Assembly: GCF_016593155.1 (NCBI RefSeq)
Contig: NZ_AP023215.1
Span: 330,001-362,000, forward strand
Direction: 5' to 3'
Length of the DNA stretch: 32,000 nucleotides
Source of the DNA: Candidatus Saccharimonadota bacterium
GTDB lineage: Bacteria > Pseudomonadota > Gammaproteobacteria > Burkholderiales > Burkholderiaceae
In this document: positions 28,579 through 32,000 of the stretch, piece by piece
Position numbering within the stretch: position 1 is the first letter of the stretch
Layout: every line of letters starts with the position of its first letter
The notes under the pieces: generated by a model
Databases searched by the model: none
Told to the model about the DNA's origin: nothing
What the model saw: only the letters and a program-made list of their open reading frames with translations
Program-made: the position numbers and the translations under genes

Positions 28579-29547
28579 ATGAAAAATATATTTTTAAATT
28601 TTGAGGAACCAATTATTAAATTAGAAAAAAAAATAGAAAAATTACGTTTTTTAAAATATCATTCTAATATTGATACCTCAAAAGAAATTAATAATTTAGT
28701 AAAAAAATGTAAGAGATTAACTGAGGAGATTTATTCCAAATTAACTCCATGGCAAATTTCTCAAATTGCTCGCCATCCTAAAAGACCATATACATTAGAT
28801 TATATTCGTGAAATATTTACTGATATTCATGAATTACATGGTGATCGTAATTATGGTGATGATTTATCAATTATTGGTGTTCTTGCTCGTATTAATGGAG
28901 AATCTTGTATGGTAATTGGTCATCAAAAAGGAAGAAATATTAACGAACGTATAATGCGTAATTTTGGTATGACCAAACCGGAAGGTTATCGTAAGGCAGT
29001 AAGATTAATGCATATCGCTGAAAAATTTAATTTACCTATTTTTACTTTTGTTGATACACCTGGCGCGTTTCCAGGAATAGATGCCGAAGAAAGAGGACAA
29101 TCTGAGGCTATTGGGCGTAGTATTTATGTAATGACAAAATTAAAAGTACCATTAATTACTACAATTATTGGTGAAGGAGGGTCGGGGGGGGCGTTAGCAA
29201 TTGCTGTTAGTGATATAACTTTAATGTTACAATACGCAATTTATTCTGTTATTTCCCCAGAGGGTTGCGCATCTATTCTTTGGAAAACTTCAAAACGTGC
29301 TGTTGATGCAGCTGATGCATTAGGATTGACAGCTGATAGATTAAAATCAATTGGATTAATTAATAAAATCATAAATGAGCCTATGGGAGGAGCACATCGT
29401 GATATTAAATTAATGTCTAATATACTTAAAAATACATTATTTGATACATTAAATCAGTTGAAAAATATAAAAATTCAAGACTTATTAAATATACGTTATA
29501 ATAAATTAATGAATTATGGAAGATTTAAAAAAATTAATTTTGTGTGA
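28579..29547 (+). CDS. accA: Acetyl-CoA carboxylase carboxyltransferase subunit alpha
   Basis: [22 protein letters not shown] aligns with the E. coli AccA N-terminus (MSLNFLDFEQPIAELEAKI). FVDTPGA.PG..AEERGQ and [10 protein letters not shown] are also present. The ATG at 28579 is preferred over the TTG at 28561 used by the ORF track. Confidence 0.94.
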   Translation: MKNIFLNFEEPIIKLEKKIEKLRFLKYHSNIDTSKEINNLVKKCKRLTEEIYSKLTPWQISQIARHPKRPYTLDYIREIFTDIHELHGDRNYGDDLSIIGVLARINGESCMVIGHQKGRNINERIMRNFGMTKPEGYRKAVRLMHIAEKFNLPIFTFVDTPGAFPGIDAEERGQSEAIGRSIYVMTKLKVPLITTIIGEGGSGGALAIAVSDITLMLQYAIYSVISPEGCASILWKTSKRAVDAADALGLTADRLKSIGLINKIINEPMGGAHRDIKLMSNILKNTLFDTLNQLKNIKIQDLLNIRYNKLMNYGRFKKINFV

Positions 29548-30949
29548 AGAAGTGATGTTAAAAAAATTTTTGAATATTTTTGATATATCATTTTTATCAG
29601 ATAATTCTAAAATTGCTTTAGCTTATAGCGGGGGAATTGATTCATCTGTATTACTTGATCTTGCTTTTACTCTTTTTTGTAATTATAAAATTCAATTTTA
29701 TGTTTTTCACATTAATCATGGATTAAGTTCATTTTCAGATAAATGGTTAATTCACTGTAAAAAGACATGTGAAATATATAAAAAAATTATATTTCACTCA
29801 TTTAAAATTGATTTATTTTCATATAAAAAAAATATTGAAGAAAATGCAAGAATAAAAAGATATCATGCATTAAAAGAATTGTGTCAAAAATATAATATAA
29901 AATATTTATTAACTGGACATAATCAGGATGATCAAGCGGAAACAGTTTTATTAAAATTATTACGTGGAAGTGGTATTTCTGGAGTATCTGGAATATATGC
30001 TATTAATAATAAATTATCTTTATTAAATAATTCTAATATTGTTCTTATACGTCCTTTATTATATTGTTCGCGCCATGAGATTATACATTATGCAAAACTT
30101 CATTCTCTTAGTTATTTACAAGATGAATCAAATAATAATATTCGTTATACAAGAAATATATTAAGATTATATGTTATGCCTTTGTTAAAAAAATTATTTC
30201 CTGGATTTCAAAAAAGATTTTCACAATTTGCGTATCATGCACAATCTGCGGAAAAATTATTAACTTTATTAGCAGAAAAGGATCTTAAAGTATGTTTGAA
30301 AGAAAAATCTCTTGATATTCGAATGATAAAAAAATTTGATTCTGATCGTGTAAAAAATTTATTACGTTATTGGCTTAATAAATATAATAAAAAAAAACCA
30401 TCTGCAATTTGGTTAAATAAGTTATATAATCAAATTTTAGAAAATAATCATCATAAAAAAATATCTATAATGCACGCACAATATCATATAAAAAGCTATC
30501 GTAATCAATTGTTTTGTTTAATAAAAGAAAAGGTGAGTAAAAATATAAATAAAAATGTAAATCAATTATTTATTTGGAATAACGAATCAAAAATAATATT
30601 TTCTAATTTTAATGGAATTTTATATTTTTATCCGGTTACTGGTGGTGAAATTGGAATAAATGTACTCTGGTTAAGAAAACAACTTTTATTAATTAAAAGT
30701 AAAACAGGAAAAGAACGATTGAAATTAACAAAGAATAGTTACAATAAAAATATTAAAAATTATTATAGAGAAATGAGTATTCCTCCATGGAATCGTTTTA
30801 ATTTACCAATTATTTATGTTCAAAAGATTAATAATACTATATTTAATTTTGATAATATACTATATGCAGCTGGTATTGGAATAAATTATGTATATCAAAC
30901 AAATAAAGGTGAGCGTATTCGTTTACATTGGATTGATTTAGATACTTAA
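29516..30949 (+). CDS. tilS: tRNA(Ile)-lysidine synthase
   Basis: 477-aa ORF with the PP-loop motif [13 protein letters not shown] and HINHGL...[13 protein letters not shown]. It sits in the conserved position downstream of accA. The start is ambiguous: the ATG at 29516 overlaps accA by 32 nt, and the ATG at 29555 gives no overlap. Confidence 0.9.
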   Translation: MEDLKKLILCEEVMLKKFLNIFDISFLSDNSKIALAYSGGIDSSVLLDLAFTLFCNYKIQFYVFHINHGLSSFSDKWLIHCKKTCEIYKKIIFHSFKIDLFSYKKNIEENARIKRYHALKELCQKYNIKYLLTGHNQDDQAETVLLKLLRGSGISGVSGIYAINNKLSLLNNSNIVLIRPLLYCSRHEIIHYAKLHSLSYLQDESNNNIRYTRNILRLYVMPLLKKLFPGFQKRFSQFAYHAQSAEKLLTLLAEKDLKVCLKEKSLDIRMIKKFDSDRVKNLLRYWLNKYNKKKPSAIWLNKLYNQILENNHHKKISIMHAQYHIKSYRNQLFCLIKEKVSKNINKNVNQLFIWNNESKIIFSNFNGILYFYPVTGGEIGINVLWLRKQLLLIKSKTGKERLKLTKNSYNKNIKNYYREMSIPPWNRFNLPIIYVQKINNTIFNFDNILYAAGIGINYVYQTNKGERIRLHWIDLDT

Positions 30950-31028
30950 ATATTATTATTTTTAAATATATATAAATATCCTCTATAATAATATAAAAAA
31001 TATTTTTTAAATATTAAAAATAAAAATT

Positions 31029-31265
31029 ATGAAATATATTGTGAATTGTATTAAATTAAATTGTAAAGAAGAAGGATTAGATTCTCCTCCATTTCCAGGG
31101 GAAATAGGAAAAAAAATATGGAAAAATGTTTCAAGAAAAGCTTGGTCTTCATGGTTAAAGTATCAAACTATATTAATTAATGAAAATCGTTTAAATCTTT
31201 CTGAGGCTGGTCATAGAAAATATTTAATTAATCAAATGAAATATTATTTTTTTAATGATAAATGA
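31029..31265 (+). CDS. yggX: Fe(2+)-trafficking / oxidative-damage protection protein YggX
   Basis: 78-aa ORF. PPFPGEIGKKIWKNVSRKAWSSWLKYQTILINENRLNLSEAGHRKYLINQM is collinear with E. coli YggX ([50 protein letters not shown]). It terminates with TGA. Confidence 0.9.
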   Translation: MKYIVNCIKLNCKEEGLDSPPFPGEIGKKIWKNVSRKAWSSWLKYQTILINENRLNLSEAGHRKYLINQMKYYFFNDK

Positions 31266-31290
31266 ATTTATATTAAATAAATTTTATTTA

Positions 31291-31965
31291 TTAAAATAAT
31301 AATTTTTTTACATTATTTCTTAATCCGAGTAAGCAAATATCTGCTTTTCTAATGGCAAATAAACCAACTGTAACTACACCCGGAATTTGATTAATAGTTT
31401 TTTCAAGATATATAGGATTAATAATTTTTAATCCCGTTACATCAACAATAAAACAAAAATTATCAGTTATAAATGGTTTTCCATTTTTAAGGCGTAAATT
31501 TGGATTTCCTCCTAATTTGATTAATTTACGCGAAATAGATGAGCTTGCCATTGGAATTACCTCAATTGGTAATGGGCATGTATTGCCTAAATATTTTACT
31601 AATTTTGATTCTTCTGCTATGCAAATTATTTTTTCAGATACTGAGGCGATAATTTTTTCTCGAGTTAATGCTCCTTTTCCGCCTTTAATCATTATTCCAT
31701 TTTCATTAATTTCATCTGCACTATCTATATATAGAGGTAAATGATATACTTGATTTAATTCAATTACATTAATACCATTTTTATATAATTTTTTTGCAGT
31801 TGCTCTTGATGAAGCAACTGCACCTTTTATGGAGTAACTTATTTTTTTTAGTTCATCAATTAAAAAATTAATAGTTGATCCGCTTCCGATTCCAATATAA
31901 TCGTTATTGAGAATATAATTAATTGCATAATTCGCAATCATTTTTTTTATTTTTTCTGTTTCCAT
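31291..31965 (-). CDS. rpiA: Ribose-5-phosphate isomerase A
   Basis: 224-aa ORF with IGIGSGST, DSADEI, KGGKGALTREKI and IPGVVTVGLF motifs, collinear with RpiA. Confidence 0.95.
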   Translation of the reverse strand: METEKIKKMIANYAINYILNNDYIGIGSGSTINFLIDELKKISYSIKGAVASSRATAKKLYKNGINVIELNQVYHLPLYIDSADEINENGIMIKGGKGALTREKIIASVSEKIICIAEESKLVKYLGNTCPLPIEVIPMASSSISRKLIKLGGNPNLRLKNGKPFITDNFCFIVDVTGLKIINPIYLEKTINQIPGVVTVGLFAIRKADICLLGLRNNVKKLLF

Positions 31966-32000
31966 TTTTATAAGAAATTATATTTTATTTTTTAAAATTT

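Noticed and set aside
31517-31744. 75-aa plus-strand ORF
   Set aside because: It is antisense to rpiA, so it is a shadow ORF.
1-32000. Window-wide search for CRISPR arrays, IS elements or transposases, integrases, prophage genes, toxin-antitoxin or restriction-modification and other defence genes, secretion systems, or secondary-metabolite clusters
   Set aside because: Every ORF above about 64 aa is either a recognisable housekeeping gene or an antisense shadow. The only sizeable non-coding gap is explained by the apaH pseudogene, and the only repeats are the short ones reported. There is no support for a novel system in this window.

Overview
This window looks like ordinary core chromosome from a strongly A+T-rich, reduced bacterial genome. 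Intergenic DNA is almost pure A/T, and the tRNA genes stand out as small GC islands. The gene set and local gene order (yqgE-ruvX, gyrA/cmk-rpsA, accA-tilS, ETF-ubiquinone oxidoreductase, long MaeB-type malic enzyme) suggest a betaproteobacterial-type endosymbiont, perhaps Profftella- or Kinetoplastibacterium-like. That lineage guess cannot be verified without a database search. I support 26 intact protein genes, all housekeeping (replication and repair, translation, chaperone, riboflavin and biotin steps, central metabolism), five tRNAs and one clearly degraded pseudogene (apaH). I find no rRNA, CRISPR array, transposase, integrase, phage gene, toxin-antitoxin pair, defence locus or biosynthetic cluster, so I see no evidence for a novel multi-gene system here. 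The points worth a second look are all genome-reduction signatures. They are the apaH pseudogene in the only long unannotated gap, a polA reduced to its 5'-3' exonuclease domain, and a photolyase whose conserved N-terminus lies upstream of the first ATG with no canonical start codon. Others are a tRNA-Ile(GAU)/tRNA-Ala(UGC) pair with no flanking rRNA, collapsed gene-order junctions (gyrA|cmk, bioA|bioB, smpB|rnfH), a perfect 26-bp direct repeat in the ssb/gyrA divergent spacer, a perfect 32-nt palindrome over the rpsA stop codon, and long poly(A) runs inside coding sequence. The genetic code appears standard: TGG encodes Trp, and TGA is used as a stop and is absent from intact conserved ORFs.
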